This document shows positions 1 through 9,441 of a stretch of 64,000 bases of DNA, in pieces; within the stretch, counting starts at the first letter, position 1; each line of letters starts with the position of its first letter. The position numbers and the translations under genes are program-made. The DNA lies in IMG/VR virus record IMGVR_UViG_3300042009_000026, positions 128,001 through 192,000 of that record; one strand, 5' to 3'. The notes under the pieces are model-generated. The model did no database searches, was not told the DNA's origin, and saw only the letters and a list, made by a program, of their open reading frames with translations. Source of the DNA: a virus (Duplodnaviria > Heunggongvirae > Uroviricota > Caudoviricetes).

Positions 1-210
1 AAAGTGGTACTCTGGAGGAATACCCTTTTCCACTAAGTAACCGTAGAAATCACCCTCGTATTGATAGAAGAGATCCAATGGGATATCTTCTCGTGCTGCA
101 GCTCGGCTGATTAGCAAATTGAGATGCGTCTCTAATACTAATCGGAAATCCGCGTCGTAGTAAAGTTCTGAGCCCGGTTTAGCCATCTTGTCGAAAATAG
201 TAAAGGCCAT
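1..210 (-). CDS. Conserved phiKZ-like core protein (gp70 position), partial, runs off the window edge
   Basis: Own translation: AGGA SD then ATG at 210, open to base 1 (MAFTIFDKMAKPGSELYYDADFRLVLETHL...). Divergent from the nvRNAP beta gene as in phiKZ. Confidence 0.65.
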   Translation of the reverse strand, partial: MAFTIFDKMAKPGSELYYDADFRLVLETHLNLLISRAAAREDIPLDLFYQYEGDFYGYLVEKGIPPEYHF

Positions 211-222
211 TGTAAGTTTTCC

Positions 223-258
223 TATTGCATTGGATTTCAAATCTATATCACAGTATTG
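223..258 (+). promoter_or_regulatory. Early (virion RNAP) promoter variant, core TATATCAC
   Basis: C-TATATCAC at 244-251, AT-rich box 21 nt upstream and TG six to seven nt downstream, as in the TATATTAC copies; precedes nvRNAP genes. Confidence 0.55.
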
Positions 259-283
259 CTAACCAAAAAGGAGTAAGCCCCAC

Positions 284-2422
284 TTGTATCAAGTCTCTGC
301 AGCATATCAGCAAAAACTGCGTGATCGTAATATCGATGAAACGCTTCTCGGTAACGCTTGTCTTGATCCGTTCTATGGTACTACTTCGTCCGCTCGTGGT
401 GCGATGTTCCTGTCGCACATTGGTCAATCCCCAGAGTCTGAAGGTTGTGAACCTCGTCGGTTCCAAGCTGGGATGGAAATGCAGTTTGGTGAATATACGT
501 TCGACGTAAAGTTCCCAGTAGACTGTGTGATCCTGAACGTTATTCGTAAGTATCCTACCTCGGGTATGGGTTCTGCGATTCGACGTAACCCAGTAACAAC
601 AATCGTGTTCGAACATTATTACGATAAGCATAAGACGAAAGATGTCTTGCATATCAGTGACTATTGCTCGATGCACCAGGACTTCGGCTTCAAACTCGAA
701 AAGAATAAAAAGGTAATGGAGAACCTGGTCCCTGGCCAGATGTTCGCTAAAGGTACTGTGATCGCACAGACCCGTGCAGTTCGTGAAGACGGGATGTGGG
801 GCGGTGGTGTAAACATGAATGCCATGTTCATGTCGATGCCCGGTACTATTGAAGATGGATTCGTGTTCTCTGATCGAGCCCTAGAGAAACTCAGTCCTCG
901 CATCTATAACGATGCAATCGGGAACGCTGGGCGTAAAGCATTCTTCCTGAATATGTATGGTGATGAGAATCACTATAAACCATTCCCAGATATCGGTGAT
1001 AAGATCCGACCTGATGGCGTGGTGTTTGCATTGCGGGATCTCGATCCAGACCTGTCTCCAGCGGACATGACTACTCGAGCACTGATGACACTCGACCGAA
1101 CATTCGATCGGGCTACTATCGGTATCCCAGGTGCAACTGTAGTTGATATCAACATCTATCGTGATGATCGGGTTAACCCATCGCACACACCGCTCGGTAT
1201 GGATGAGCAGCTCGTTAAGTATCACACGGCGCTGTCGAACTATTATCGAGAGATCATGAAGATCTATCAAGGTCTCTATGGTCGCTGGAAAGAATCGCTA
1301 CGTATCACTCCAGCATTCCACCAACTGGTCGTAGAAGCTCAGATCCATCTGCCGGTCAAACAAGATCAGCGGAAGCTCAGCCGGATGTATCGTCTGGAGC
1401 CTTTGGATGAGTGGCGTGTAAGTCTCACCTATGAAGCTATCAAGATGCCGGGTGGTGCTTATAAAGCTACTGACTGGCACGGTGGTAAAGGTGTAGTTTG
1501 TGAAGTGAAGCCATGGCAGGACATGCCGGTAGACCAATGGGGCAACTATGCCGACGTTGTGATCTTCGGTGGTTCTACTATGCGTCGGTCGAACTATGGT
1601 CGACTGTATGAACAAGGTATCGGTGCAGCAGCACGAGATCTGGTGCAACGTCTGCGTGTAGAGAAAGGCTTAGATCGTCATGAGACTCCAACTGAAGCCC
1701 AGTTGAAAGCAGTTATGGCAGATCGTGAATGGGTTGATTATGCATTCAATGAGCTGATCGAATTCTATAACATCGTTGCTCCATCCATGCCAGAGATTCT
1801 TCTGGATCAACCAGAACCAGCACAGCACGTGTATCACGTATTGCGCGATCAGTATTACCTGTTCACTCCGGTAACTGATCAGGTTAGTTTGATGGAGTGT
1901 GTTAACCGGATTACCAATTCTCGATTCTGTCCGAACTTCGGCCCGGTGACTTATCGAGATCAAGCTGGACGTGTCGTGACTACGGTCAAGAATGTTCTGA
2001 GTGGTTATCTGTATATCATGCTGCTGGAGAAGATTGGTGAAGACTGGTCCGCTGTAGCTTCTGTGAAAACACAGCCATTCGGTCTGCCATCGAAACTGAA
2101 TAACTCTGATCGGGCTTCTACTCCAGGTCGTGAGACTGCTATTCGTTCTCTCGGTGAATCCGAAACTCGTTCGTATAACTCGGTAGTTGGTCCAGAACCT
2201 ACTAACGAACTTGTAGACCAAACCAACAACCCACAGGCCCACATCGCGGTAGTTAACTCTATCCTGACTGCGGATCAGCCAACCAACATCGCCAGAGCAG
2301 TTGACCGTAAGGTAATCCCATTCGGTAACTCTCGCCCAGTTGCATTGCTGAATCACCTACTGGAATGTCGAGGTCTGCGCCTCGTCTATAAACCAGACTC
2401 CGAAATCCGTTACGCTGCTTGA
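284..2422 (+). CDS. rpoB: Non-virion RNA polymerase beta subunit, C-terminal half (phiKZ gp71-73-like)
   Basis: KATDWHGGKGVV (cf. GDKMAGRHGNKGVV), RSLGESE (cf. QRFGEME), IEDG motif; AAGGAG SD before TTG start. Confidence 0.93.
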   Translation: MYQVSAAYQQKLRDRNIDETLLGNACLDPFYGTTSSARGAMFLSHIGQSPESEGCEPRRFQAGMEMQFGEYTFDVKFPVDCVILNVIRKYPTSGMGSAIRRNPVTTIVFEHYYDKHKTKDVLHISDYCSMHQDFGFKLEKNKKVMENLVPGQMFAKGTVIAQTRAVREDGMWGGGVNMNAMFMSMPGTIEDGFVFSDRALEKLSPRIYNDAIGNAGRKAFFLNMYGDENHYKPFPDIGDKIRPDGVVFALRDLDPDLSPADMTTRALMTLDRTFDRATIGIPGATVVDINIYRDDRVNPSHTPLGMDEQLVKYHTALSNYYREIMKIYQGLYGRWKESLRITPAFHQLVVEAQIHLPVKQDQRKLSRMYRLEPLDEWRVSLTYEAIKMPGGAYKATDWHGGKGVVCEVKPWQDMPVDQWGNYADVVIFGGSTMRRSNYGRLYEQGIGAAARDLVQRLRVEKGLDRHETPTEAQLKAVMADREWVDYAFNELIEFYNIVAPSMPEILLDQPEPAQHVYHVLRDQYYLFTPVTDQVSLMECVNRITNSRFCPNFGPVTYRDQAGRVVTTVKNVLSGYLYIMLLEKIGEDWSAVASVKTQPFGLPSKLNNSDRASTPGRETAIRSLGESETRSYNSVVGPEPTNELVDQTNNPQAHIAVVNSILTADQPTNIARAVDRKVIPFGNSRPVALLNHLLECRGLRLVYKPDSEIRYAA

Positions 2423-2429
2423 GGTATTA

Positions 2430-4403
2430 ATGAATCATTACAAAGCCCGTGACTTGCTATCTCTGTCTTATGAACAGCTATGGGCACTGCCCTCAGAATG
2501 GCATGTTATTGAGTTTGATGATGGACAGCAGTTACTAGCTCGGGACCGGATCACCAAACTATCCGTCCTGAACTGGTATCCACTGAAAGCGTATCCTGAT
2601 GTACCGATCTTGAAAGAGTATCACATGGGTTCGAAACGAGTGACTGCAAAGTCACTCATCACTCATCTGAACAAAGTAATCTGGGGTATTCACGACCATA
2701 CCAACGAGGAAGCTGATCCTGAGCATTTGGCTCGGTTGGCAATCGAAGCAACTAACTGGTTGTATAACGAATGTACGGTAAACCTGTCCCCGTATGTAGC
2801 AACGCTGTCGATGTTCGACATCGCTGAAGTATATAACCATCCAGCTATTCGTAAGGCAAACGAAGAAGTAGAGGAATCCACCTATGGCATCGAATCAGTT
2901 GCCTATAAGCAGATTGGTGAGGCCTTTGACGACATCGCGAACTTCCGGGGCAATTCAATCATTGAAGGCTATCGGTCTGGTACTCAGAAGCTTGAGCAAC
3001 TACTCCAAGCATTCGGGCCACGAGGATATCCAACTGATATCAACTCCGACATCTTTGCCCACCCGGTCACAGTCGGATATGTAGATGGTATCTGGGATCT
3101 CTATGGTTCCATGATTGAATCTCGTTCTGGTACCAAAGCGTTGCTCTATAACAAAGAGCTGCTGCGCGTAACTGAATATTTCAACCGTAAGTCTCAGCTG
3201 ATCGCTCAATATGTTCAGCGTCTACACAAAGGTGATTGCGGTACACCAATCCTGATCGACTTCCCAGTCCTGAAGAACACACTCAAAGCTCTACGCGGTA
3301 AGTATTATCAGCGTGAAGATGGTGTGATGGATTGGATGCGTGGTAATGAAACGCACATGATCGGTAAGATGATCAAGATGCGTTCGGTACTGGGTTGTAC
3401 TCACCCAGACCCAGCTGGTGTATGTTCTCGGTGTTATGGTCGGTTGGCATTCTCGATCATGCGTGGGACTAACATCGGTCAGGTATCCGCTGTATCGATG
3501 GGTGATAAGATCACCTCATCGGTATTGTCCACCAAACATACTGACGCAACATCCGCTGTAGAACAGTTCCAAATCACTGGTGCCGTAGCTCGGTATCTGC
3601 GTGACGGGGATCAAAGTGAAACGTTGTATTTGAAGAATGACCTGGCTAACCAAGGATATAGACTAATCATCAAGACAGCCGAAGCAACATCTCTGGCTGA
3701 CGTACTGATGATTAAAGACCTATCGGCATATCCAGCTGAAAGTGCATCCGAACTGACTCACATCGGTTTGATTCGTACAGTCGAAGGAGAAGATCTGGGT
3801 GATATCCTCCCAGTATCTTTGTATAACCGTAAGGCAAGTCTGTCCACTGAAATGCTGTGTCATGTACAACGAGTAGGCTGGATCACAGACAACCGCGATA
3901 ACATCGTGATTGATCTCACCGGTTTCGACTTCTCTCAACCATTCCTGACGTTGCCTTATAAGCACGTGAACATGTACGAGTTCATGAAGCGCGTACAATC
4001 GTTCCTGCATTCCGGTGACAACGGTGATGGGTCGAAGTTGTCCTCAGACAAAGTTGGCTTCACTAGCAAAACTTATCTGAAGAACTATAAAGATCCAGTC
4101 GATGCTATTGCTGCATTCGCTGCTCTGATCAATGAGAAGATTCGTCTGAACATTGTTCACTGCGAAGTTCTGGTATACGCTATGATGATTGTATCGGCGT
4201 CTGCTAAAGATTATCGTCTACCAGTTCCTGGGATTACGGGTTCATTCGAGAAGTATAACAAAGTAATGGACAACCGTAGTCTTGCAGGCAAGCTGGCATT
4301 CGAGAAGCAGCATGAGCCACTTAATAACCCAGGCAGTTTCCTGTATAAAGACAGGAACGATCACCCTTACGATACAGCCGTAATGGGAGGTTGCATGTCT
4401 TAA
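2430..4403 (+). CDS. rpoC: Non-virion RNA polymerase beta-prime subunit, C-terminal half (phiKZ gp74-like)
   Basis: GVCSRCYG zinc site, GTNIGQVSAVSMGDKITSSVLSTKH trigger-loop equivalent, GDCGT. Confidence 0.92.
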   Translation: MNHYKARDLLSLSYEQLWALPSEWHVIEFDDGQQLLARDRITKLSVLNWYPLKAYPDVPILKEYHMGSKRVTAKSLITHLNKVIWGIHDHTNEEADPEHLARLAIEATNWLYNECTVNLSPYVATLSMFDIAEVYNHPAIRKANEEVEESTYGIESVAYKQIGEAFDDIANFRGNSIIEGYRSGTQKLEQLLQAFGPRGYPTDINSDIFAHPVTVGYVDGIWDLYGSMIESRSGTKALLYNKELLRVTEYFNRKSQLIAQYVQRLHKGDCGTPILIDFPVLKNTLKALRGKYYQREDGVMDWMRGNETHMIGKMIKMRSVLGCTHPDPAGVCSRCYGRLAFSIMRGTNIGQVSAVSMGDKITSSVLSTKHTDATSAVEQFQITGAVARYLRDGDQSETLYLKNDLANQGYRLIIKTAEATSLADVLMIKDLSAYPAESASELTHIGLIRTVEGEDLGDILPVSLYNRKASLSTEMLCHVQRVGWITDNRDNIVIDLTGFDFSQPFLTLPYKHVNMYEFMKRVQSFLHSGDNGDGSKLSSDKVGFTSKTYLKNYKDPVDAIAAFAALINEKIRLNIVHCEVLVYAMMIVSASAKDYRLPVPGITGSFEKYNKVMDNRSLAGKLAFEKQHEPLNNPGSFLYKDRNDHPYDTAVMGGCMS

Positions 4404-4418
4404 GCGGAGGACGAAGTT

Positions 4419-4438
4419 TGGAGGGCTTCGGCCCTCCA
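4419..4438 (+). terminator. Stem-loop, probable terminator
   Basis: TGGAGGGC-TTCG-GCCCTCCA after rpoC-like gene. Confidence 0.6.
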
Positions 4439-4456
4439 TTACTCGTTTAATTTTTT

Positions 4457-5983
4457 ATGGAACCACAGATCATTGCCGAGAGGTATACCCACGGGGTACG
4501 CCTATCCGGTTATTCGAGGGAGACGTTGTATAAACTGCAGCGCTTCTTAGATACGTTACTGTTACGGGAACCGACTAAAGTCCAAGGCCGTATGGTCATG
4601 GTTACCAAGAAGAAGTACTATGGCATAACGGAAGACAATCGCAGCATCTTCATCCACCGTAATTCTTATCCTGCACTGGTTAAACATCTAGCCAATGTTC
4701 AAATCCCAGAGGATCGGATCAAGGTAATTGATATTGAGGTGCCAAAGGCTGCAGCAGCTACATTCGTGGTGAAAGATAAGTTCTCTATGCGGGACTATCA
4801 GGAAACAATCCTGGAAGATATCTTAAGACCACAACTGCGTTCAGCTCGGGTAGACCTGCAAACAGGTAAAGGAAAAACATACACCAGTCTTGAGGCTCAA
4901 GCAGCACTGGGATGTCGTACCGCTATCATGGTTCCACCTAAGTACTTCGGTATCTGGGAAGAAGCATTGAAAGACGTGTATGAAGATATCGACTTGCGTT
5001 TCTTGCGTGTGAGTGGATCTGCAGAATTACAAATGATGATCAACCGTGGCATTGAGGATGACCTTGACGGCATCGATGTTATATTGATCTCTAACGTAAC
5101 CTATCGGGCGTACTTAGATACATTTGAACGCCTGGGCGATAAGATCGACACTGTAGGTTATAACGCTCCTCCTCCACGTTTCCATGAAGCGTTGAAGATT
5201 GGTCTACAGATCAACGATGAAATCCAAGAAGATCCAGGTCTGTTGTTCCGTACAGACATGTACACCAACGTCGCAAAACAGATCTATCTGTCAGCTACTC
5301 CTTTCACGGGGAATGACTACGTAACTAAGATGATCGACTTGATGCTTCCTCCGGAGACATGTTGCCGATTGCCTGCTTACGATTCCTATATCAACGTGGT
5401 AGGTGTGCTGTACAGTGAGCCTGCAATTCAATCACGGGATTACCTGACTCCGTTTAAGAACACGTATAACCATGCGCGTTATGAAACGCAGATGATGAAA
5501 TCGAAGAAGCGTCTGGATATGTATAACCAGATGGTGGCTAAGATTCTTTATGGTCAGTATATCGTCGATCGGATTCAAGAACAGAAAGCTTTGATCCTCT
5601 GTGCGACCACAGTGTTTATTGACCAGCTGGTTAAGTACTTGAAAGACAAGTATCCTGATCTGCAGATCAACGAACATTACTCAGGTTCTCCGTATTCGAG
5701 ATTAATGTTAAACGATGTAACCGTATCGACTATTAAGTCATCCGGTACTGGTGTTGACATTCCTAACTTGCGTGAAGTGATTCTATTGCAAGCAACTGAT
5801 TCGAAGAAGGATAATATCCAGATTCTAGGTCGACTGCGTAAACTGAAGTTGTTTCCTGATGTGGTGCCACGCATGACCTATTTGGTTTGTCAGCACATCG
5901 CCCAACATGTGAAATACCATCGATCCAAGGCTGACCACTTCGCTGGTAAGATCCTTAACATGGTTCTTCGCAAGATCTCATAA
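4457..5983 (+). CDS. Superfamily 2 (UvsW/DEAD-like) helicase (phiKZ gp75-like)
   Basis: Q motif RDYQ, Walker A TGKGKT, NDEIQ, SATP, GTGVDIP, QILGRLR. Confidence 0.9.
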   Translation: MEPQIIAERYTHGVRLSGYSRETLYKLQRFLDTLLLREPTKVQGRMVMVTKKKYYGITEDNRSIFIHRNSYPALVKHLANVQIPEDRIKVIDIEVPKAAAATFVVKDKFSMRDYQETILEDILRPQLRSARVDLQTGKGKTYTSLEAQAALGCRTAIMVPPKYFGIWEEALKDVYEDIDLRFLRVSGSAELQMMINRGIEDDLDGIDVILISNVTYRAYLDTFERLGDKIDTVGYNAPPPRFHEALKIGLQINDEIQEDPGLLFRTDMYTNVAKQIYLSATPFTGNDYVTKMIDLMLPPETCCRLPAYDSYINVVGVLYSEPAIQSRDYLTPFKNTYNHARYETQMMKSKKRLDMYNQMVAKILYGQYIVDRIQEQKALILCATTVFIDQLVKYLKDKYPDLQINEHYSGSPYSRLMLNDVTVSTIKSSGTGVDIPNLREVILLQATDSKKDNIQILGRLRKLKLFPDVVPRMTYLVCQHIAQHVKYHRSKADHFAGKILNMVLRKIS

Positions 5984-6014
5984 ACTGCTACCCTTCGGGG
6001 TAGCATTTATTCCG
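5979..6014 (+). terminator. Hairpin of the CATAAA...TTTAT(G/T)CCG family
   Basis: CATAAAC-TGCTACCC-TTCG-GGGTAGCA-TTTATTCCG. Confidence 0.7.
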
Positions 6015-6027
6015 TCTAGAGGTTTCA

Positions 6028-6240
6028 ATGAACATCATTTACATCATCTACTTAGTTGCAATCATCATACTGCTAGCTGCGGTATGGTACCGTGACTGGA
6101 AGTATCCTTATGCCCAACAAACCCCACACTGGACTAAAACAATCCCCCACAAGATCGCCTGGGGAGCTTTTATAGTAGCTATGCTAGGTATGATCGTCCT
6201 ACTTCTCATGTACTTCAAAGACGTTATTATAAGATCTTAA
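6028..6240 (+). CDS. Small two-helix membrane protein
   Basis: GAGG SD; two hydrophobic segments in 70 aa. Confidence 0.75.
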   Translation: MNIIYIIYLVAIIILLAAVWYRDWKYPYAQQTPHWTKTIPHKIAWGAFIVAMLGMIVLLLMYFKDVIIRS

Positions 6241-6263
6241 AGGACTATATTACAATCATGAAT
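6225..6263 (+). promoter_or_regulatory. Early virion-RNAP promoter
   Basis: C-TATATTAC at 6246-6253 followed by N5-TGAAT; matches phiKZ early consensus. Confidence 0.8.
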
Positions 6264-6288
6264 AAACCCCACCTTAAGGAGCTCTAAA

Positions 6289-6492
6289 ATGTTCTGGTTT
6301 CTCATTTTTGCTGGCCCCGTGATATTGTCCTTAATGGGTATCGGTAGTGCCGGCACTGGCCTAAAGTTTATTTGGGATAAACCCAATAACCTCATGCACT
6401 GGGTAGCTGGTCTGTTTCTTATTGCAGTAGGGATCGCTATTTCGTGTAGTGGTATCCTACTGTTTAACATTGTATTCACCAGCATCAAATAA
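6289..6492 (+). CDS. Small two-helix membrane protein
   Basis: AAGGAG SD; two hydrophobic segments. Confidence 0.8.
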   Translation: MFWFLIFAGPVILSLMGIGSAGTGLKFIWDKPNNLMHWVAGLFLIAVGIAISCSGILLFNIVFTSIK

Positions 6493-6495
6493 GGA

Positions 6496-6741
6496 TTGGT
6501 TATGTTACTCGCAATTATGATGTTCTATGCAGCCTATAGTGGTTTCCGCTGGATATATGACTGGCAGCAAGGCAAATTGCAAGCAAACACATTCGTATGG
6601 ATGTTCAACTGTCTTATGACCAGCATTTCTTTTATAGGTTGCATTGCCATCATCTTTTCGACAGACATCAATCTGATGTTCACCGAATCAGGTTTTGGTA
6701 TTAGTGTCAATCTCGCGTATGAACTGAAAGTAAAGGAGTAA
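6496..6741 (+). CDS. Small membrane protein
   Basis: Two hydrophobic segments; tight packing; start codon uncertain. Confidence 0.7.
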   Translation: MVMLLAIMMFYAAYSGFRWIYDWQQGKLQANTFVWMFNCLMTSISFIGCIAIIFSTDINLMFTESGFGISVNLAYELKVKE

Positions 6742-6775
6742 ATAGACTTCCCATATCTAAAGGAGGGTGGAAGCA

Positions 6776-7015
6776 ATGGAACATCTATCTGTAGTTGACT
6801 ACTTCTTTGGTGCAGGTGGCATGTTATTGATTGGGGTAGTTATTATGGTGATTGCTTTCTATCTCCATGTTCGTGAATACAACATGACCATTGCGGTCTA
6901 TGAATTCATCGCCCTCTTCTATGTCGGTGGAGCTCTTGGGTTAGCTCTGCTCTTCATCACGCTGCCTACACTGTGTTTCATCCGACCAATCTTAATGTGT
7001 TATCGGGTAATGTAA
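6776..7015 (+). CDS. Small two-helix membrane protein
   Basis: AGGAGG SD, ATG 6776 preferred over GTG 6767; hydrophobic. Confidence 0.75.
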   Translation: MEHLSVVDYFFGAGGMLLIGVVIMVIAFYLHVREYNMTIAVYEFIALFYVGGALGLALLFITLPTLCFIRPILMCYRVM

Positions 7016-7239
7016 TGCTTTTAAATATCGCTTCATTCGTATTGGTACTGATGTTTTGTCTAACTTTACCTGGTGGGGTTTGGTTAGTCTATCGCCGTGA
7101 ATATGAACCTGAATTCATAACACGGTATCGCAAGCCACTGCTGTGGATACTTTCATCTATAACAGTAATTGCGTTGGTATCAATGGGGACAATTTTCTAT
7201 GAGGTCTCCCAGATTCAGGAACGCTTACGCTTGATGTAA
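7015..7239 (+). CDS. Small two-helix membrane protein
   Basis: TAATG overlap with previous stop; two hydrophobic segments. Confidence 0.75.
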   Translation: MLLNIASFVLVLMFCLTLPGGVWLVYRREYEPEFITRYRKPLLWILSSITVIALVSMGTIFYEVSQIQERLRLM

Positions 7240-7288
7240 CGGCATAAAGCCTCCACCCGAAGGTGGAGGCAATATGTTATTTTTTTTA
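7240..7288. terminator. Bidirectional terminator-like hairpin between convergent genes
   Basis: CGGCATAAA-GCCTCCACC-CGAA-GGTGGAGGC-AATATG then T run. Confidence 0.8.
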
Positions 7289-7753
7289 TCTCGTCTGACG
7301 ACTCATGTCACGAATTTCTCGATCCATGTCACGCTTCACGCGTCCTTGTTCATCTACCTTACGCAGCATATCCGATTCACCTATTTCCAAAATGAATGTG
7401 GCTTCGTCATAAGGAAGTTCTTTAAACTCATTATAACTAATGCCCCACTGTTCTTTAACATTGTAACGGATGTACTTACGCATTAGCGAACGTACTGCTC
7501 CACCTTCCACCGTATCTTCTTTGTCGAACATACGTACAACATCCAGAGGATGCTTAAAGTGTTCAGGTGGACGAATACCATAGTCGTCTATGTAAGCTTC
7601 ACGCAGAAGTATCTCTGCGGTTGATGGTCTTACGGCACCCATCTCAGCATAAAGCTTATCTAGGCTGCCCCCACGGGGGCGACGCTGATGGCCGAAGCTA
7701 TACTGCGTCACGTGTCCGTTGGGGTCAGATAGATCTACTGACAGGCGTGTCAT
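7286..7753 (-). CDS. Conserved phiKZ-like protein, possible tail/baseplate assembly chaperone C-terminal partner (may be reached by -1 frameshift)
   Basis: 155-aa ORF; WGISYNEFKELPYDE resembles chaperone-type C-terminal motifs; no clear SD. Confidence 0.7.
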   Translation of the reverse strand: MTRLSVDLSDPNGHVTQYSFGHQRRPRGGSLDKLYAEMGAVRPSTAEILLREAYIDDYGIRPPEHFKHPLDVVRMFDKEDTVEGGAVRSLMRKYIRYNVKEQWGISYNEFKELPYDEATFILEIGESDMLRKVDEQGRVKRDMDREIRDMSRQTR

Positions 7754-7776
7754 TTGTGGGTCTTTGTTGCGATGAC

Positions 7777-9438
7777 CTACTGGTTGACTTTCTGGCCCGC
7801 CAAGGTAAAAAATGTCGATACGATATCAAGAGGGATCAAGTGATCGAAACGTTCATGGAACTTCTCGGCCATTGGAGATTCACATACTGAACAATTCCAC
7901 GAAGGAATAGCTACCATGCACAGAATAGTATCGTCAATGAACTGCAGTACGGCTGCTTCGAAAGCAGAGGCGTACTTCTTATCCGACATTACGTTGGACA
8001 GGTATTCATCAATGACTTCTTCGTTCTCAGTCAGAAGCTCTTCAGTAGAATTAGCATCTTCACGTTGATAGATAGCGTCTACCCAATGTGAGTACTGCCG
8101 TGCGCCCGTGATAGCCCCAAGGCGATCGATATAAGCGTTACGGTTAGCATCACCAGGGGCTTCGTTAAAAGCACTGTGAGAAGCATCTACTACGCCGTCA
8201 ATCCATCTGTTGCCAGCATCGCGTCGCTCAGCAATCGAAGGTACACGGAGACGAATGCCAATATCATCAAACCATTTGATAGGCTTTCGACCCAAAGTGG
8301 TGTCTTGTGCATATTGATCCAATTCCTCTGCTCGTAGTTGACGACCGAATCGAACGTGCAGCAAATCCTTCTGACGTTCTACCAGTTGTGTAATATCGAA
8401 CCAGGTAAGCGAGAACATGTCCAGCTTAGCTTCTTCTACATGGGTACACTTGGATGGATCAGCGATGCATGTATGGCGGTAGTTAAAGCCACCAGGATAC
8501 ATTGTCGATGCTAGACCGTGATGTAGGATAGGCTCATCCAATGCAGACAGACGATGCTCAATGTCACCAGGTGAAGTAGCTACCATGTTGGTATGGGTTA
8601 CACATTGCAAAGCTAGATCAGTCAGAGCGTTGTTATAAACAGCGATCCGATTAGAGAAGCCTTGGCCTTTAGTAGCACGACCCAAATTAACTGCAACGTT
8701 TTGCAGACGTTGAATCATGTTAGCTACTTCGGTATTCGTTGGTGTACGCAGACGAATCCAAATACCAGTGTGGGGCATAGGGAATTCGTGAGTAGCACCC
8801 ATACCCGATTTACGAGTCAGGTATGCCAACATATCGGACTTAGCCGGTTTGTCAGACAGTTTGATCTTCGGACGAGATGGACCGATCTTACGACCGTTGT
8901 GTTCAAAGAACTGTATCCACTCAGAACCTTCACGATGCGTAGCACGACGCGGTGTAGTGTTCATGTCGACGTGTTCGATGGCCGACTGGAGTGTCTCTAG
9001 CCATTCGAGGTCGCGTTGCTCTGTGGTGATCTCACCGCCTTCGATATCAGAGAACAAGCGGTGATGCACGCGCAAGATCTCTTCGAAAGTTTCAGGGTTT
9101 TCACGCATCAACGAAATGATCGCAGCTGTGGCTGGAATCTTTTCAGAATCGACTGGTCGGTCAATACGGAAATTTACTTTTGGTTGTTTAGGAGTAAAAG
9201 GTACCAAGACCTCTTCATCTCCACCGTCAACAGGTTCATCATCTTCTTGGGCGAGCTTATCCGCCAGCTGATGAACGTTCAGCGGTTTAGCTACCGGATC
9301 GGTAGCCTCCAGTGTAACATTACCTTGGTCATCAGTAGCCTCGTAAGTAGGCGTACTGATGTTTTGCTGGAAATGTACTGCCAGAGCAGGATCAATTTCT
9401 TCAGCGAATTCTTCATCATCTTGGATTTGGTGATTCAT
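7777..9438 (-). CDS. Conserved phiKZ-like core protein (gp77 position), possible baseplate-hub/tail assembly chaperone
   Basis: 553 aa; duplicated IRLR(T/V)P motif, Cys pairs (CIADPSKC, CSVC), FF near the C-terminus; function inferred. Confidence 0.75.
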   Translation of the reverse strand: MNHQIQDDEEFAEEIDPALAVHFQQNISTPTYEATDDQGNVTLEATDPVAKPLNVHQLADKLAQEDDEPVDGGDEEVLVPFTPKQPKVNFRIDRPVDSEKIPATAAIISLMRENPETFEEILRVHHRLFSDIEGGEITTEQRDLEWLETLQSAIEHVDMNTTPRRATHREGSEWIQFFEHNGRKIGPSRPKIKLSDKPAKSDMLAYLTRKSGMGATHEFPMPHTGIWIRLRTPTNTEVANMIQRLQNVAVNLGRATKGQGFSNRIAVYNNALTDLALQCVTHTNMVATSPGDIEHRLSALDEPILHHGLASTMYPGGFNYRHTCIADPSKCTHVEEAKLDMFSLTWFDITQLVERQKDLLHVRFGRQLRAEELDQYAQDTTLGRKPIKWFDDIGIRLRVPSIAERRDAGNRWIDGVVDASHSAFNEAPGDANRNAYIDRLGAITGARQYSHWVDAIYQREDANSTEELLTENEEVIDEYLSNVMSDKKYASAFEAAVLQFIDDTILCMVAIPSWNCSVCESPMAEKFHERFDHLIPLDIVSTFFTLAGQKVNQ

Positions 9439-9441
9439 GTA

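Noticed and set aside
1-283. Possible group I intron remnant upstream of the RNAP beta gene
   Set aside because: Region is explained by a minus-strand CDS starting at 210 plus a promoter; no intron core recognised
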